The translations under genes and the position numbers were made by a program. From Agrococcus sp. (lineage in GTDB: Bacteria > Actinomycetota > Actinomycetes > Actinomycetales > Microbacteriaceae): a stretch of 64,000 nt of DNA. Positions 17,514 through 29,886 of this stretch are shown here, piece after piece (positions within the stretch are counted from its first letter, which is position 1; each line of letters opens with the position of its first letter). The notes under the pieces are model-generated. The model made no database searches, had not been told where the DNA came from, and was given only the letters and a program-made list of their open reading frames with translations. Location of the stretch: contig DASSWM010000218.1 in assembly GCA_035704865.1 (NCBI GenBank), positions 32-64,031 of the forward strand, given 5' to 3'.

Positions 17514-20288
17514 GTGCATCCGAGGGTCTTCGCCGTGCTCGCGGCCAGCAGTGGCGCCGCGTATCTGCCGGCGACCCTCGCGGCGATCGACGCGCAGACC
17601 GTCGCGCCCGACCGGCTGATCGCCGTCGACGCGGCGTCGAAGGACGAGTCGCGCGCGCTGCTCGAGGGCTCGAGCGCCCGCAGCGTCGTCGCCGCGCAGC
17701 GCCTGCCGTACGGCCAGCTGATCGCGAAGGGCGTCGCCTCGCTGCCCGAGGCCGCCGAGGGCGACTGGCTGTGGCTGCTCGCCCACGACGCGACGCCGCA
17801 CCCCCGCGCGCTTCAGGCGCTGCTCGCCCACGTCGAGTCGCATCCGAGCGTCGTGATGGTGGGGCCCAAGGTCATGCGCGCCGAGGCCCCGGACCGCTTC
17901 GCGGAGTTCGGGCAGTCGATGACGCCGTTCGGCCGCAGCCTGCTGCTGCACGAGGGTGAGCTCGACCAGGGGCAGCACGACGACGACAGCGATCAGCTCG
18001 GCGTCGCCGAGTCGGGCGTGCTCGTGCGCCGCGACGTCTACGACGCGATCGGCGGCTTCGACCCCGCGCTGCGCTCGATCGACGCGGGGCTCGACCTGGG
18101 CGTGCGCGCACGCCTCGCCGGGCACCGCGTCGCCGTCGAGCCGCGCGCCCGCATCCGGCGCGCCGGCGGCCCCGAGCACTTCGCCGCCCGGTCGGTCGGC
18201 GACGCCCAGCGCGTCGCGATCTCGCGGCGCGCGCAGCTGCATCGGCGCCTCGCCTACGCCAACCCGGTCGCGCTCGTGCTGCACTGGCTGCTGCTGCTGC
18301 CGCTGGGGCTCGTGCGCACGGTCGCGCACCTCGTGGCGAAGCGCCCGGCGGCGGTGCTCGCCGAGTGGCAGGCGACGCTCACGACGCTCGTGGCGTTCGG
18401 CGCGACGGCACGCGCGCGGCGCCGCATCGCCGCCGCGCGCCGCGCGAGCTGGCGGTCGCTGCGGCCGCTGCGCGCCTCCTGGCGCACCGTGCGCTCGCAG
18501 CGCCGCTCGCTCGGCGACCCCGAGCAGATGCATCGCCTCGTCGAGGAGCGCGTCGGCTTCGTGGAGGGGGCGGGACTGTGGGTGACGGCGCTCGCGGTCG
18601 TCGTCGGCGTCGTCCTCTCTCCACAGCTGATCGGCGCGGCGGCGGCGACCGGCGGCGCGATGCTGCCGCTCTCGGACTCGTTCGTCGAGCTGTGGGCGCA
18701 TGCGCTCGCCGGCCCGCGCGACGCGCTCGGCGAGGTGACGGGGCCGGCCGATCCGTTCACGATCATGCTGGCGCTGCTCGGATCGCTGACGCCGTGGCAC
18801 CCCTCGACCGCGATCGTGCTGCTGCTGTTCCTCGCGCCCGCCATCGCATCCGTCACCGCGTTCTTCGCCGTGCGCCAGCTGACCGCCTCGCGCTGGGCGC
18901 CGGCGGTCGCGGCCGCGATCTGGTCGCTCTCGCCCATCCTGCTCGTCGCGATCGTCGACGGGCGCATCGGGGCCCTCCTCGCGCATCTCGCGCTGCCCGT
19001 CGCAGTCGCGGGGCTGCTGCGCGCGCCGACCTCCTGGCGTGCAGCCGGCGGTGCCGCGATCCCGCTCGCGGTGGTCGTCGCGGGAGCGCCCGTGCTGCTG
19101 CCCGCGATGCTCCTGCTGGCGCTCCTCGCGGCCGGCGTCGGCTGGCGCGCGCCGCTGCGGCCGCTCGCGGCGCTCGTGCCCGCGCTCGCGCTGCTCGGGC
19201 CCGTCATCGTGGCGCGATGGCTCGACGGCGTGCCGCTCGCCGCGCTCGCCGACCCGGGCGTGCCGAAGCCCTCCTCGCCGCCGACGCCGGTCGAGGCGGC
19301 GCTGCTCGCCCCCGACGGCACGCTCGCGGCGCTTGACGTGGCCATCGCCTGGCTCGCGCCGGAGGCCGATCCGGCATGGTTCGCGCTCGGGCTGCTCGCG
19401 CCGCTCGCGCTCGCCGCGCTCGCCGGCGTGATCCTGCGTCCCACGCGGGCGTGGCCCTGGGTGCTCATGCTGCTGGCCGGCTACGCGACCGCGGTCGGCG
19501 CCACGCGCCTCGCCCTCACGAGCTTCGACGGCGAGCCCGTCACCGTGTGGGCGGGCACCGGGGGGTCGCTCGCGCTCGCCGCCCTCGTCTGCCTCGCTGT
19601 CGTGGCCGTCGACATCGACGACCGGCGCGGCGCGGTGCCCGGCGGCGTCGTGGCGCTCGCGGCCATGGCCGCCGCGGTGCCCGTGATCGCCACATCCTTC
19701 CTGCTGCCCGCGACGGTCATCGCCGCGCCCGAGCGCCGCATGCCCGCCTTCGTGGATGCGGCCGCCGAGCGGGATCCGGGGATCGGCACGCTCGTGCTGC
19801 ATCCGCTCGGGCGCAGCACGCTCGGCGTCGACATCGAGCGTGGTCACGGCACGACGCTCGACGACGTCTCGACGAGCGAGCTCGTACGCGGCAGCGCCGG
19901 AGGTGCCCAGGCGGAGCTCGCGCAGGCCGCGGTCGACATGTCAGCGGGCGGCGACGCCGATGTCACGGCGCTGCTCGACGAGCACGGCGTGCACTTCGTG
20001 CTGCTCGAGCAGGAGCGCGAGGGAGCCGCCGGCCTGCACGACCGCGCGCAGCGCTCGCTCGATGCCAGGGGCGACCTGCAGGCGATCGGCCAGACCGAGG
20101 CGGGGCTGCTGTGGCAGCGCGTCGACGCGGCGCCGACCGAGCCGGTCGAGCGCCCCGGTTGGGCCGGCTGGCTGCTGATCGGGCAGCTCGCGGCGCTCGC
20201 GGCAGCGGTCGTCGCGGCGCTGCCGTCGCTGCGGCGCGGGGCGCGCGTGCGCACGAGACGGGTCGACGGAGCGGGGGAGTGGCAGTGA
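17514..20288 (+). CDS. Large GT2-like glycosyltransferase fused to a multi-TM domain
   Basis: 'WLWLLAHD', 'GGFDPAL', 'DLGVRARLAG'; usual position downstream of whiB. Confidence 0.8.
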   Translation: MHPRVFAVLAASSGAAYLPATLAAIDAQTVAPDRLIAVDAASKDESRALLEGSSARSVVAAQRLPYGQLIAKGVASLPEAAEGDWLWLLAHDATPHPRALQALLAHVESHPSVVMVGPKVMRAEAPDRFAEFGQSMTPFGRSLLLHEGELDQGQHDDDSDQLGVAESGVLVRRDVYDAIGGFDPALRSIDAGLDLGVRARLAGHRVAVEPRARIRRAGGPEHFAARSVGDAQRVAISRRAQLHRRLAYANPVALVLHWLLLLPLGLVRTVAHLVAKRPAAVLAEWQATLTTLVAFGATARARRRIAAARRASWRSLRPLRASWRTVRSQRRSLGDPEQMHRLVEERVGFVEGAGLWVTALAVVVGVVLSPQLIGAAAATGGAMLPLSDSFVELWAHALAGPRDALGEVTGPADPFTIMLALLGSLTPWHPSTAIVLLLFLAPAIASVTAFFAVRQLTASRWAPAVAAAIWSLSPILLVAIVDGRIGALLAHLALPVAVAGLLRAPTSWRAAGGAAIPLAVVVAGAPVLLPAMLLLALLAAGVGWRAPLRPLAALVPALALLGPVIVARWLDGVPLAALADPGVPKPSSPPTPVEAALLAPDGTLAALDVAIAWLAPEADPAWFALGLLAPLALAALAGVILRPTRAWPWVLMLLAGYATAVGATRLALTSFDGEPVTVWAGTGGSLALAALVCLAVVAVDIDDRRGAVPGGVVALAAMAAAVPVIATSFLLPATVIAAPERRMPAFVDAAAERDPGIGTLVLHPLGRSTLGVDIERGHGTTLDDVSTSELVRGSAGGAQAELAQAAVDMSAGGDADVTALLDEHGVHFVLLEQEREGAAGLHDRAQRSLDARGDLQAIGQTEAGLLWQRVDAAPTEPVERPGWAGWLLIGQLAALAAAVVAALPSLRRGARVRTRRVDGAGEWQ

Positions 20289-21889
20289 GCGATCGCGACG
20301 ACGAGCGGGAGCCGCTCGACGACTCGCAGGAGTTCGACGACCCGTCGTCGATCGATGAGGTCGAGGAGCCGCGCGAGCACCGGCCCGCGCCCGAAGAGCT
20401 GGCGCTCGAGGCGGAGGCGGAGGCGGAGGCCAGCGCGGCGCGCGGCGGCGACATCGCCAGCGACGTCTCGCTGACCGACCGGGAGGCGGCCGCCAACGAC
20501 GCGGCGGAGGCGCGCAGAGGCATCGAGCGCAGGGACGTCGTGCGCTGGAGCGCCCGCGCGCTCGCGGGCGCCGCGGCGATCGCGCTCGGCGTCGGCGCCG
20601 TGCTGGGAGCGAACGCGCTGCCCGAGCAGGCGCGCGTGCAGACCGAGCCGCCCGCGACGCACGTGCAGCCAGCGTCGCCGCTGCAATCGCGCGTGTGCGC
20701 AGGCCCCGCGCTGCGCGTGGGCACGTCCGACGGCCAGGACGCGCTCGCGATCGCCGCGGTCGCCGACCCGCAGGTGGCGATCGGCAGCCTCGGCGGCGAC
20801 GTCGAGCAGTCGGAGCTGCGCGTGCCGGGCGCGGATGGCGCCGCCGGCGGGCTGAGCATCACGCAGCGCAACGAGCCGTCGACGCTCTCGGCCGCGCAGG
20901 GCATGAGCGTCGACATCGAGTCGATGCGCGGGTACGCGGCGAGCGAGTGCGCCGAGACGAGTCTCGACCAGTGGCTCGTGGGCGGCTCGACGCGCACCGG
21001 CAGGCAGACCGTGCTCACGATCGCCAATGCGGCCGAGGTGTCCGCGAGCGTCGACGTCACCGTCTACGGCCCGGACGGAGCCGTCGAGTCGGTCGGGTCG
21101 ACCGGCATCGCCATCGCGCCCGGCACACAGGAGGTGCTCGACCTCGCCGCGCTCGCACCGGGCGTGGCCGACGCGGTCGTGCACGTCGCATCCGCCGGCG
21201 CCCCCGTCGCCGCGCACCTGCAGCAGACCACCACGCGCGGCCTCGAGCGCGGCGGCTTCGACATGGTCGACCCCGTGCCGGCGCTCACGCGCGCCGTGCT
21301 GCCCGGCGTCGAGGTGACCGAGCCCTCCGGGCTCGAGACGCAGGCCGACTACGACGACACCGTGCCGGTGCTGCGCCTGCTCTCGCCCACCGGCGGCGCC
21401 GTGCGGCTGGTGTTCCAGACGGCTGACGGCGGCACGATCGAGTCGGAGGGCGTGCTCGACGCTGGCCGCGTCACCGACTTCCCGCTCGAGGAGCTGCCGG
21501 TCGGCACCCTCGCGATCAGGGTCGAGGCGGATGCGCCGGTCGTCGCGGGCGCGCGCACGGTCGCGATCTCGGGCGACGGGCTCGACTTCGACTGGACCGC
21601 GGGAGGCCAGCCCCGCTCCGGCACGTCGGCGATCGCCGTGCCGGACGGGCCGGGCGCGACGCTGCACGTCGTGAGCGCGTCGGATGCCGACCAGGAGATC
21701 ACGATCGACGGGCAGGCCGTGGCGCTCGCCGCGAACGGCGTGCACGAGCAGGCCGTCGACGGCGGATCGGTCGAGGTGACGGGCGACGACCTCGTGATCT
21801 CGGTCGTCTACCGCAGCGAGAGCCGCGTCGGCGGCTTCACCGCGAGCCCGCAGGGCCCTGCAGCGCAGGGCGTGCAGGTGCTGCACTGA
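20285..21889 (+). CDS. DUF5719-like membrane-anchored protein with acidic N-terminus
   Basis: GTGA overlap; 'QWLVGGSTRTGRQTVLTIAN'; synteny with the GT2 and DUF3499 genes. Confidence 0.7.
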   Translation: MSDRDDEREPLDDSQEFDDPSSIDEVEEPREHRPAPEELALEAEAEAEASAARGGDIASDVSLTDREAAANDAAEARRGIERRDVVRWSARALAGAAAIALGVGAVLGANALPEQARVQTEPPATHVQPASPLQSRVCAGPALRVGTSDGQDALAIAAVADPQVAIGSLGGDVEQSELRVPGADGAAGGLSITQRNEPSTLSAAQGMSVDIESMRGYAASECAETSLDQWLVGGSTRTGRQTVLTIANAAEVSASVDVTVYGPDGAVESVGSTGIAIAPGTQEVLDLAALAPGVADAVVHVASAGAPVAAHLQQTTTRGLERGGFDMVDPVPALTRAVLPGVEVTEPSGLETQADYDDTVPVLRLLSPTGGAVRLVFQTADGGTIESEGVLDAGRVTDFPLEELPVGTLAIRVEADAPVVAGARTVAISGDGLDFDWTAGGQPRSGTSAIAVPDGPGATLHVVSASDADQEITIDGQAVALAANGVHEQAVDGGSVEVTGDDLVISVVYRSESRVGGFTASPQGPAAQGVQVLH

Positions 21890-21974
21890 CCGCTCTCGCC
21901 GGTCGGGGAGCGCGCCGCGCGCGTCTCCAGACCGGTGCCGCCCGCAGCGGTCGAGCGCGGCCTCCGGCCGTCGA

Positions 21975-22397
21975 CTAGTGGTGCCGCCAGCGATCCGGCG
22001 CGACCTCCCACGGGTCGCGGCCGATGAGCTCGGCGGCGGCGCGGAAGACGGCGCCCTCGATCGCGATCTGGCGATGCCACTCGTCGTCGATGTGCACGCG
22101 CGGCAGCCGCTGCAGCGGCAGCCGGTAGATCGTGATCGTGCGGCGGGCCGTGTCGACCGCCCACTCCGGCACCTCGTCGATGCGGTCGGCGAGCGCGCGC
22201 GGGGGCATGTCGGCCCAGCGGAACTGCACGTCGCCCAGCTCCGCCGGCCACAGCGACGTCACGTAGTCGGCCGCATCCGCCGCGATGTCCTCGAAGCGCG
22301 TCTCGCGGGAGGACAGGAACGGCAGCACGGGCCCGGCGACCGATGACCGCATCTCGCGGCCGTGGCGCGATCCACGGGAGTGCTGGCGCGCGGGCAT
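21975..22397 (-). CDS. Zincin-like (DUF1025-type) small protein, no HExxH visible
   Basis: 'RHGREMR', 'ITIYRLPL', 'AELIGRDPWEV'; TAGGAT -10 6 nt upstream; synteny. Confidence 0.7.
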   Translation of the reverse strand: MPARQHSRGSRHGREMRSSVAGPVLPFLSSRETRFEDIAADAADYVTSLWPAELGDVQFRWADMPPRALADRIDEVPEWAVDTARRTITIYRLPLQRLPRVHIDDEWHRQIAIEGAVFRAAAELIGRDPWEVAPDRWRHH

Positions 22398-22453
22398 GGC
22401 CACATCCTACGTGTCGCGCGGCCTCTGGCCGCGGCGCGGGTAGCCTTGAGCGG

Positions 22454-22678
22454 ATGGACGACAGGACGTGCTCGCGGCCCGGGTGCCGGCGGTACGCCGA
22501 CCGCACCGTCACCGTCGACTACGAGGCGCAGCTGCTCGTGGTCGGGCCCCTCCAGCCGGCCAGCCGGCGAGGGGCGATCGAGGGCAGCTACGACCTGTGC
22601 GAGCCGCACGCGGACCGCGCCGCCGGACCGTCCGGCTGGCAGGTCGTGCGCTACGAGCCGGGCCACGCGAGCCGCTGA
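22454..22678 (+). CDS. DUF3499 family protein
   Basis: 'CSRPGC', 'YDLCEPHA', 'PSGWQVVR'; TAGCCT -10 7 nt upstream. Confidence 0.85.
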   Translation: MDDRTCSRPGCRRYADRTVTVDYEAQLLVVGPLQPASRRGAIEGSYDLCEPHADRAAGPSGWQVVRYEPGHASR

Positions 22679-22705
22679 GGCGCGCACCGAGTCGGAAGAG
22701 GGATC

Positions 22706-24087
22706 ATGGCGCTGACGGACATCGTGAAGGCGTACGACGTGCGAGGCCTCGTCGACGGCCAGCTCACCGAGGAGGTCGTGCGCGCGCTCGCCGCCGCGTT
22801 CGCCGACGAGGTCGGCACCGCCGCGCCGATCGTCATCGGGCACGACATGCGCCCCTCGTCGCCGGCGCTCGCCGCGGCGGCCGCCGATGGCGCGCAGGTG
22901 CGCGGCGCCGACGTGGTGCTCATCGGGCTGTGCTCGACCGACGGCACCTACTTCGCCTCCGGCTCGCTCGACGCGCCCGCGATGATGTTCACCGCATCCC
23001 ACAACCCCGCCGCCTACAACGGCATCAAGTTCTCGCGCGCGGGCGCGCGCGGCGTGAGCCTCGACACGGGCCTCGCGGCGATCCGAGACGGCGCGCAGCG
23101 CTACCTCGACGCGGGGATCCCCGACGCGCCCCGGCGCGGCGGGCTCACTGAGCGCGACGTGCTCGCCGACTACGCGGCGCACCTGCGCTCGCTCGTCGAC
23201 CTCTCGCGCATCCGGCCCCTCAAGGTCGTGGTGGATGCGGCCAACGGCATGGGCGGGATGACCGTGCCCGCGGTGCTCGGCGAGGCGGCCGGGCTGGGCG
23301 CGCTGCCGATCGAGATCGAGCCGATGTACTTCGAGCTCGACGGCACGTTCCCCAACCACGAGGCGAACCCGCTCGAGCCGTCGAACCTCGTCGACCTGCA
23401 GGCCGCGGTCGTCGAGCACGGCGCCGACATCGGGCTCGCGTTCGACGGCGACGCCGACCGCTGCTTCGTGATCGACGAGCGCGGCGGGGCGGTCTCGCCC
23501 TCGGCGGTCGCCGCGATCGTCGCCGAGCGGGAGATCCGCCGCGTGCAGGCCGAGGGGGAGCGCGACGTCGTCGTGATCCACAACCTCATCACGAGCCGGG
23601 TCGTGCCCGAGGTGATCGCCGACGCCGGCGCCACGCCCGTGCGCACGCGCGTCGGCCACTCGCTCATCAAGGACCGCATGGCTGAGACGGGCGCGATCTT
23701 CGGCGGCGAGCACTCGGCGCACTACTACTTCCGCGACTTCTGGGGCGCCGACAACGGCATGCTCGCCGCGATGCACGTGCTCGCGACGCTCGGCGCGCAC
23801 GACGAGCCGATGTCCGAGCTCGCCGCCCGCTACACGCCCTACTTCGCCTCGGGCGAGATCAACTCGACGGTCGCCGACGTGCCCGCCGCCTACACGCGCA
23901 TCGTCGAGGCGTTCGCAGGCAGGGCGGAGTTCGACGAGCTCGACGGGCTCACCGTCACCGCGCCCGACGGCGCGTGGTGGTTCTCGGTGCGCCCGTCGAA
24001 CACCGAGCCGCTGCTGCGGCTCAACGCCGAGGCCGAGCGGCAGCCGACGATGGACGCGATCCGCGACGAGGTGCTCGCGCTCATCCG

Positions 24088-24094
<7 letters not shown>
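22706..24094 (+). CDS. manB: Phosphomannomutase/phosphoglucomutase
   Basis: 'KAYDVRG', 'TASHNP', 'FDGDADR', 'GGEHSAH', 'RPSNTEP'. Confidence 0.93.
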
Positions 24095-25234
<1,140 letters not shown>

Positions 25235-25281
25235 GCCGGCCCGCGGATGCACCGAGGACTGAGACGACGAGGGATGCGCTG

Positions 25282-26700
25282 ATGGAGACGGGCAAGCAGC
25301 TGGCGGTGCGCGAGACGCCGATCCCCGGGTTCCTGGTGATCGATCTGCCGGTGCACGGCGACAACCGCGGCTGGTTCAAGGAGAACTGGCAGCGCGAGAA
25401 GCAGCTGGCGCTGGGGCTGCCCGACTTCGGGCCGGTGCAGAACAACATCTCCTTCAACGAGCAGCCGGGCGTCACTCGCGGCATCCACGCCGAGCCGTGG
25501 GACAAGTACATCTCGGTCGCCTCCGGGCGCGTGTTCGGCGCCTGGGTCGACCTGCGAGAGGGCGACTCCTTCGGCGCGACCTTCACGATCGAGATCGACC
25601 CCTCGATCGCGGTGTTCGTGCCGCGCGGGGTGGGCAACTCCTTCCAGGCGCTCGAGCCCGACACCGCCTACTCGTACCTCGTCAACGACCACTGGTCGCA
25701 GGACGCGCAGGGCGAGTACACGTTCCTGAACCTCGCCGACCCGACGGCCGCGATCGAGTGGCCGATCCCGCTCGACGAGGCGGAGCTGAGCGAGAAGGAC
25801 AAGGCGCACCCGATGCTCGCCGACGTCGCGCCGATGCCGCCGCGCAAGACGCTCGTGCTGGGCGCGAACGGGCAGCTCGGCCGGGCGCTGCGGCAGCAGT
25901 GGGCCGGTCGCGCCGACGTCGAGTTCGCGGGCCGCGAGACGCTCGACCTGGCCGATCCGGCCACGTTCGACGCCATCCGATGGTCGGCCTACGGCACGAT
26001 CGTCAACGCCGCCGGGTACACGGCGGTGGATGCGGCTGAGACCGATGAGGGCCGTCGTGACGCCTGGGCGGTGAACGCGACGGGCCCCGCCCGGCTCGCG
26101 GCGGTCGCGGCCGAGCACGGGCTGACGCTCGTGCACGTCTCGAGCGACTACGTCTACGCCGATCAGTCCGGCGAGCGCGACGAGCAGGACCCGCTCTGCC
26201 CGCTCGGCGTCTACGCGCAGACGAAGGCGGCCGGCGACCTCGCCGTGGCGGCGGCGCCCAAGCACTACATCGTGCGCACCTCGTGGGTCGTGGGGGAGGG
26301 CCGCAACTTCGTCGCGACGATGGCGTCGCTCGCGCGCCGCGGCGTCGCACCCGAGGTCGTCGACGACCAGATCGGCAGGCTCACGTTCGCGAGCGAGCTC
26401 GCGCGGGCGATCGATCACCTGCTCGTCAGCGGCGCGCCGTACGGCACGTACAACGTCTCGAACGGCGGCGAGGCGGCCAGCTGGGCGCAGATCGCGCAGC
26501 GCGTCTACCGCCTGGTCGGCGCCGACGCCGGCAGCGTCTCGCCCGTGAGCACCGAGGCCTACTTCGCCAGCCGCACGGGCATCGCGCCCCGCCCGCGCCA
26601 CAGCGCCATGCGGCTCGCGAAGCTCGAGGCCACCGGCTTCGCGCCGCGCGACCAGTTCGAGCTGCTCGAGGAGTTCGTCGCCGCGCTGCCCGCCGGCTGA
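25282..26700 (+). CDS. Bifunctional dTDP-4-dehydrorhamnose 3,5-epimerase / reductase (RmlC-RmlD fusion)
   Basis: N-half '[16 protein letters not shown]'; C-half 'GANGQLG', 'YTAVDAAE', 'SSDYV', 'YAQTK'. Confidence 0.92.
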   Translation: METGKQLAVRETPIPGFLVIDLPVHGDNRGWFKENWQREKQLALGLPDFGPVQNNISFNEQPGVTRGIHAEPWDKYISVASGRVFGAWVDLREGDSFGATFTIEIDPSIAVFVPRGVGNSFQALEPDTAYSYLVNDHWSQDAQGEYTFLNLADPTAAIEWPIPLDEAELSEKDKAHPMLADVAPMPPRKTLVLGANGQLGRALRQQWAGRADVEFAGRETLDLADPATFDAIRWSAYGTIVNAAGYTAVDAAETDEGRRDAWAVNATGPARLAAVAAEHGLTLVHVSSDYVYADQSGERDEQDPLCPLGVYAQTKAAGDLAVAAAPKHYIVRTSWVVGEGRNFVATMASLARRGVAPEVVDDQIGRLTFASELARAIDHLLVSGAPYGTYNVSNGGEAASWAQIAQRVYRLVGADAGSVSPVSTEAYFASRTGIAPRPRHSAMRLAKLEATGFAPRDQFELLEEFVAALPAG

Positions 26701-26755
26701 CGGGGGCTGCGCCCGCGCGGCGCTGACGCACCCGGCAGGTGGGAGGATGGTCGGC

Positions 26756-28192
26756 ATGACCGACACCGCCCCCCGCATCCTCGAGCACCAGGTGCGCGAC
26801 CTCGGCCTCGCCGAGGCCGGCCGCCACCAGATCCGCCTCGCCGAGCACGAGATGCCCGGCCTCATGGCGCTGCGCCGCCGCTACGCCGACACGCAACCGC
26901 TCGCGGGCCAGCGCATCGCGGGGAGCCTGCACATGACGGTGCAGACCGCGGTGCTCATCGAGACGCTCGTCGCGCTCGGCGCCGACGTCCGCTGGGCGAG
27001 CTGCAACATCTTCTCCACGCAGGACGAGGCCGCCGCGGCGGTCGTCGTCGGCGACGGCACCGTCGAGTCGCCCGCCGGCGTGCCCGTGTTCGCCTGGAAG
27101 GGCGAGACGCTCACGGAGTACTGGGCGTGCACCAACCGCATCTTCGACTTCGCCGAGGGCCCCACGCTCATCCTCGACGACGGCGGCGACGCCACGATGC
27201 TCGTGCACCGGGGGCGGGATGCGGAGGTCGCGGGCAGCGCGCCCGTCACGCCCGAGGGCGCTCCGGAGGAGCTGCGCGTGATCGACGCGCTCATCGAGCG
27301 CACGCTCGAGGACGACGCGCAGCGCTGGACGCGCATCGCCGAGCAGCTGCGAGGCGTCACGGAGGAGACCACCACGGGCGTGCACCGCCTCGAGCAGCTC
27401 TTCGCCGAGGGCCGCCTGCTGTTCCCGGCGATCAACGTGAACGACTCGGTGACGAAGTCGAAGTTCGACAACCGCTACGGCATCCGCCACTCGCTGCCCG
27501 ACGGCCTCAACCGGGCGACCGACGTGCTCATCGGCGGCAAGACCGCGTTCGTGGTCGGCTACGGCGACGTCGGCAAGGGCGCGGCCGAGGCGCTGCGGGG
27601 GCAGGGCGCGCGCGTCATCGTGAGCGAGGTCGACCCCATCTGCGCGCTGCAGGCGGCGATGGACGGCTTCCAGGTCGCGCGCGTCGAGGACGAGCTCGCG
27701 ACCGCCGACATCTGGATCACCACGACGGGCAACGAGCACGTGCTCACGCTCGAGCACCTGGAGTCGATGAAGCACCTCGCGATCGTCGCGAACGTCGGGC
27801 ACTTCGACAACGAGATCGACATCGCCGCGCTCGAGCGCTCCGGTGCCGAGCGCATCGAGATCAAGCCGCAGGTGCACGAGTGGCGCATGCCCGGCGGCCG
27901 CTCGATCCTCGTGCTCTCCGAGGGCAGGCTCATGAACCTCGGCAACGCGACCGGCCACCCGTCTTTCGTGATGTCGAACTCGTTCTCGAACCAGGTGCTC
28001 GCGCAGATCGAGCTCGCGACGAAGGACTACGAACTCGGCGTCTACCGCCTGCCGAAGGCGCTCGACGAGGAGGTGGCGAGGCTGCACCTCGACGCGCTCG
28101 GCGCACGCCTGACCGAGCTCACGCCGCGCCAGGCCGCCTACATCGGCGTGCCCGTCGAGGGCCCCTTCAAGCCCGAGCACTACCGCTACTGA
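26756..28192 (+). CDS. ahcY: Adenosylhomocysteinase
   Basis: 'GSLHMT', 'SCNIFSTQD', 'EETTTGV', 'KSKFDN', 'GYGDVGKG', 'GHPSFVMS', 'HYRY'. Confidence 0.97.
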   Translation: MTDTAPRILEHQVRDLGLAEAGRHQIRLAEHEMPGLMALRRRYADTQPLAGQRIAGSLHMTVQTAVLIETLVALGADVRWASCNIFSTQDEAAAAVVVGDGTVESPAGVPVFAWKGETLTEYWACTNRIFDFAEGPTLILDDGGDATMLVHRGRDAEVAGSAPVTPEGAPEELRVIDALIERTLEDDAQRWTRIAEQLRGVTEETTTGVHRLEQLFAEGRLLFPAINVNDSVTKSKFDNRYGIRHSLPDGLNRATDVLIGGKTAFVVGYGDVGKGAAEALRGQGARVIVSEVDPICALQAAMDGFQVARVEDELATADIWITTTGNEHVLTLEHLESMKHLAIVANVGHFDNEIDIAALERSGAERIEIKPQVHEWRMPGGRSILVLSEGRLMNLGNATGHPSFVMSNSFSNQVLAQIELATKDYELGVYRLPKALDEEVARLHLDALGARLTELTPRQAAYIGVPVEGPFKPEHYRY

Positions 28193-28274
28193 CCTCGCGC
28201 ATCCGCCGGACTTCCCCGAACTTCGGGTTCGCCGCTCGAGAAGCCGCGATTCGGGAGCTCGGCGGGCCCGGCGG

Positions 28275-28393
28275 CTACAGCATCGCGTCCGAGAGCTGCC
28301 GCATGAGTTCCGCCAGCTGCGAGCACTTGCGGCGCGAGGATCGATCGCAGCAGCCGCCGCTGTGTCGAGCGCCACGTTGACGTGGTCGATGCC
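28275..28393 (-). pseudogene. Decayed duplicate of the marR 3' end
   Basis: Frameshifted GIDHVNVALD/QRRLLRSI/QLAELMRQLSDAML* matches MarR C-terminus GIDRVDVALD..ERRLLRDI..RLAELLRVLADAMV* (29887-30018). Confidence 0.8.
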
Positions 28394-28519
28394 GCACGGA
28401 GACGCCCGGCCGCCTCGAACGCGCTGATCCGCGCAAGCCTGGGAGCTTCACGACGTTGACGGGTACCGCACTGGGCGTCACACTTTGGGCCATCGTGGTT
28501 CGGTCGACGGAGGCACTCG

Positions 28520-29842
28520 ATGAACAGACGGTTCCGGATCCTAACCCTGCTGGCTGGCGCCATGATGCTGATGGCATGCACGAGTGCCGCTCCAGGAGAG
28601 TCGTCAACCACTGCACCGGTGCCGCCTGGCGTAGTACCAGAGCCGATCCCGACGCCGGCAGAGATCGATGACTGCCGCTTGCTCATGGGACTGGTACCCG
28701 TCCCTGCCGGTGATGATTGGCCTGGTTCTACGAGCTTCGCGCTCGAGTTCGAGTTGCTGACGGAGCACCCGGATGCGATCGCCTTCGTCGACGTCGGCCA
28801 GGATGTGACGACCATCTACCCCAGTGCCGAGCGTGGCGACGTCGATGCACCACAACTGATCAGCGATACGCTTGATCAACTCGCCGCTCGAGGCTTCAAC
28901 CCGGAGATCGAGTGGCTGCTCGGCGATGAACTTGCGTGGACGTTCGACGAACTATGTTCGGCATTCTCATTGATCGGCGACCAGATGGGAACCGCAGGCG
29001 GGGTGGAATCGATCGCGCCGAATCGCAGCGGGCAGCTGGAGGTCGGCGTCGCGGATCCGGCTTCGCTGGAGCTGGACATCCTTCTCCAACTGCAGCGACA
29101 ACATCCCGGCATGATCGTTGTGACGGTGCAGACCGGTACCGTCGAGCCAGCGTCACATCGCGCCAACGACACAGATGGCTTCAATGCTGGCATCGCGATC
29201 CAGACCTACACCGCGGGTGACTGGCTCTCCTGCAGCGCAGCGTTCAAGATTCAGAACTCCCACGGTGCCTTCCTGCTGACGGCGGCGCACTGCTCGTCCG
29301 CGAACGTTCAGACGGTGCGGAACGGAACGAGTCTTTGCTGGGCCGGTTTGTCGGGGAACGCGTTCATCGGCCACACCGGATCTCGCATCCTCAACTCGAA
29401 TGGTGACTTCGCGGTCATCCAAGGGGCGCCGGCGACAACGGGCCGCGTCTGGCTCGGCGCGCGGTGCACCGGCGACCGCGAGGTGGGCGTCATCGGCTCC
29501 GTCGCATCGAGTGCTGGAGCGCGTGTCGGGTTCTCCGGTCACAACTCAGGGCAGACTACGGGCACTGTCGTCTCGAGCCGAACCGGCTGCGTCGATGTGA
29601 CGTACGACCCTCCGATCAGCCAGACCATCAGAGTCTGCAACCTATATTCGGCGGATCCGTACCCGTCCTCTTCGCTGGTGGTCGGAGGCGACAGCGGCGG
29701 TCCCGTGCTGGCCTACACGAGCACCTCCAGCGTGTATGGGGTGGGAGTCATCGTGGCTCGCAACCGCACGACGAGAGTTGCCTTCTACATGAGCCTGCCC
29801 GTTGTCCTCTACCTCTACAGCGCCTCAGTGGTGCCGGGCTGA
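28520..29842 (+). CDS. Secreted or lipoprotein chymotrypsin-like (S1, alpha-lytic/streptogrisin-type) serine protease with pro-region
   Basis: TAAHC, DFAVI, GDSGGP catalytic motifs; N-terminal hydrophobic stretch ending LMAC; atypical A/T-ending codons. Confidence 0.85.
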   Translation: MNRRFRILTLLAGAMMLMACTSAAPGESSTTAPVPPGVVPEPIPTPAEIDDCRLLMGLVPVPAGDDWPGSTSFALEFELLTEHPDAIAFVDVGQDVTTIYPSAERGDVDAPQLISDTLDQLAARGFNPEIEWLLGDELAWTFDELCSAFSLIGDQMGTAGGVESIAPNRSGQLEVGVADPASLELDILLQLQRQHPGMIVVTVQTGTVEPASHRANDTDGFNAGIAIQTYTAGDWLSCSAAFKIQNSHGAFLLTAAHCSSANVQTVRNGTSLCWAGLSGNAFIGHTGSRILNSNGDFAVIQGAPATTGRVWLGARCTGDREVGVIGSVASSAGARVGFSGHNSGQTTGTVVSSRTGCVDVTYDPPISQTIRVCNLYSADPYPSSSLVVGGDSGGPVLAYTSTSSVYGVGVIVARNRTTRVAFYMSLPVVLYLYSASVVPG

Positions 29843-29853
29843 GGTCACGTGAG

Positions 29854-29878
29854 CGATCGACGCCCGCGGCGTCGATCG
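29854..29878. terminator. Hairpin between convergent protease and marR genes
   Basis: cgatcgacgcc-cgc-ggcgtcgatcg, 11-bp stem. Confidence 0.6.
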
Positions 29879-29886
29879 GAACAGGG

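Noticed and set aside
25282-26700. RmlC-RmlD fusion and absence of rmlA as a novelty
   Set aside because: The fusion is common in Micrococcales and bifidobacteria, and rmlA may lie elsewhere in the genome
26701-26755. SAH riboswitch upstream of ahcY
   Set aside because: Intergenic region is short, shows no recognisable consensus, and the gene looks leaderless
28275-28616. 113-aa minus-strand ORF as a real gene
   Set aside because: Only its last ~14 codons resemble MarR; the rest overlaps the protease start and is better explained as a pseudogene fragment
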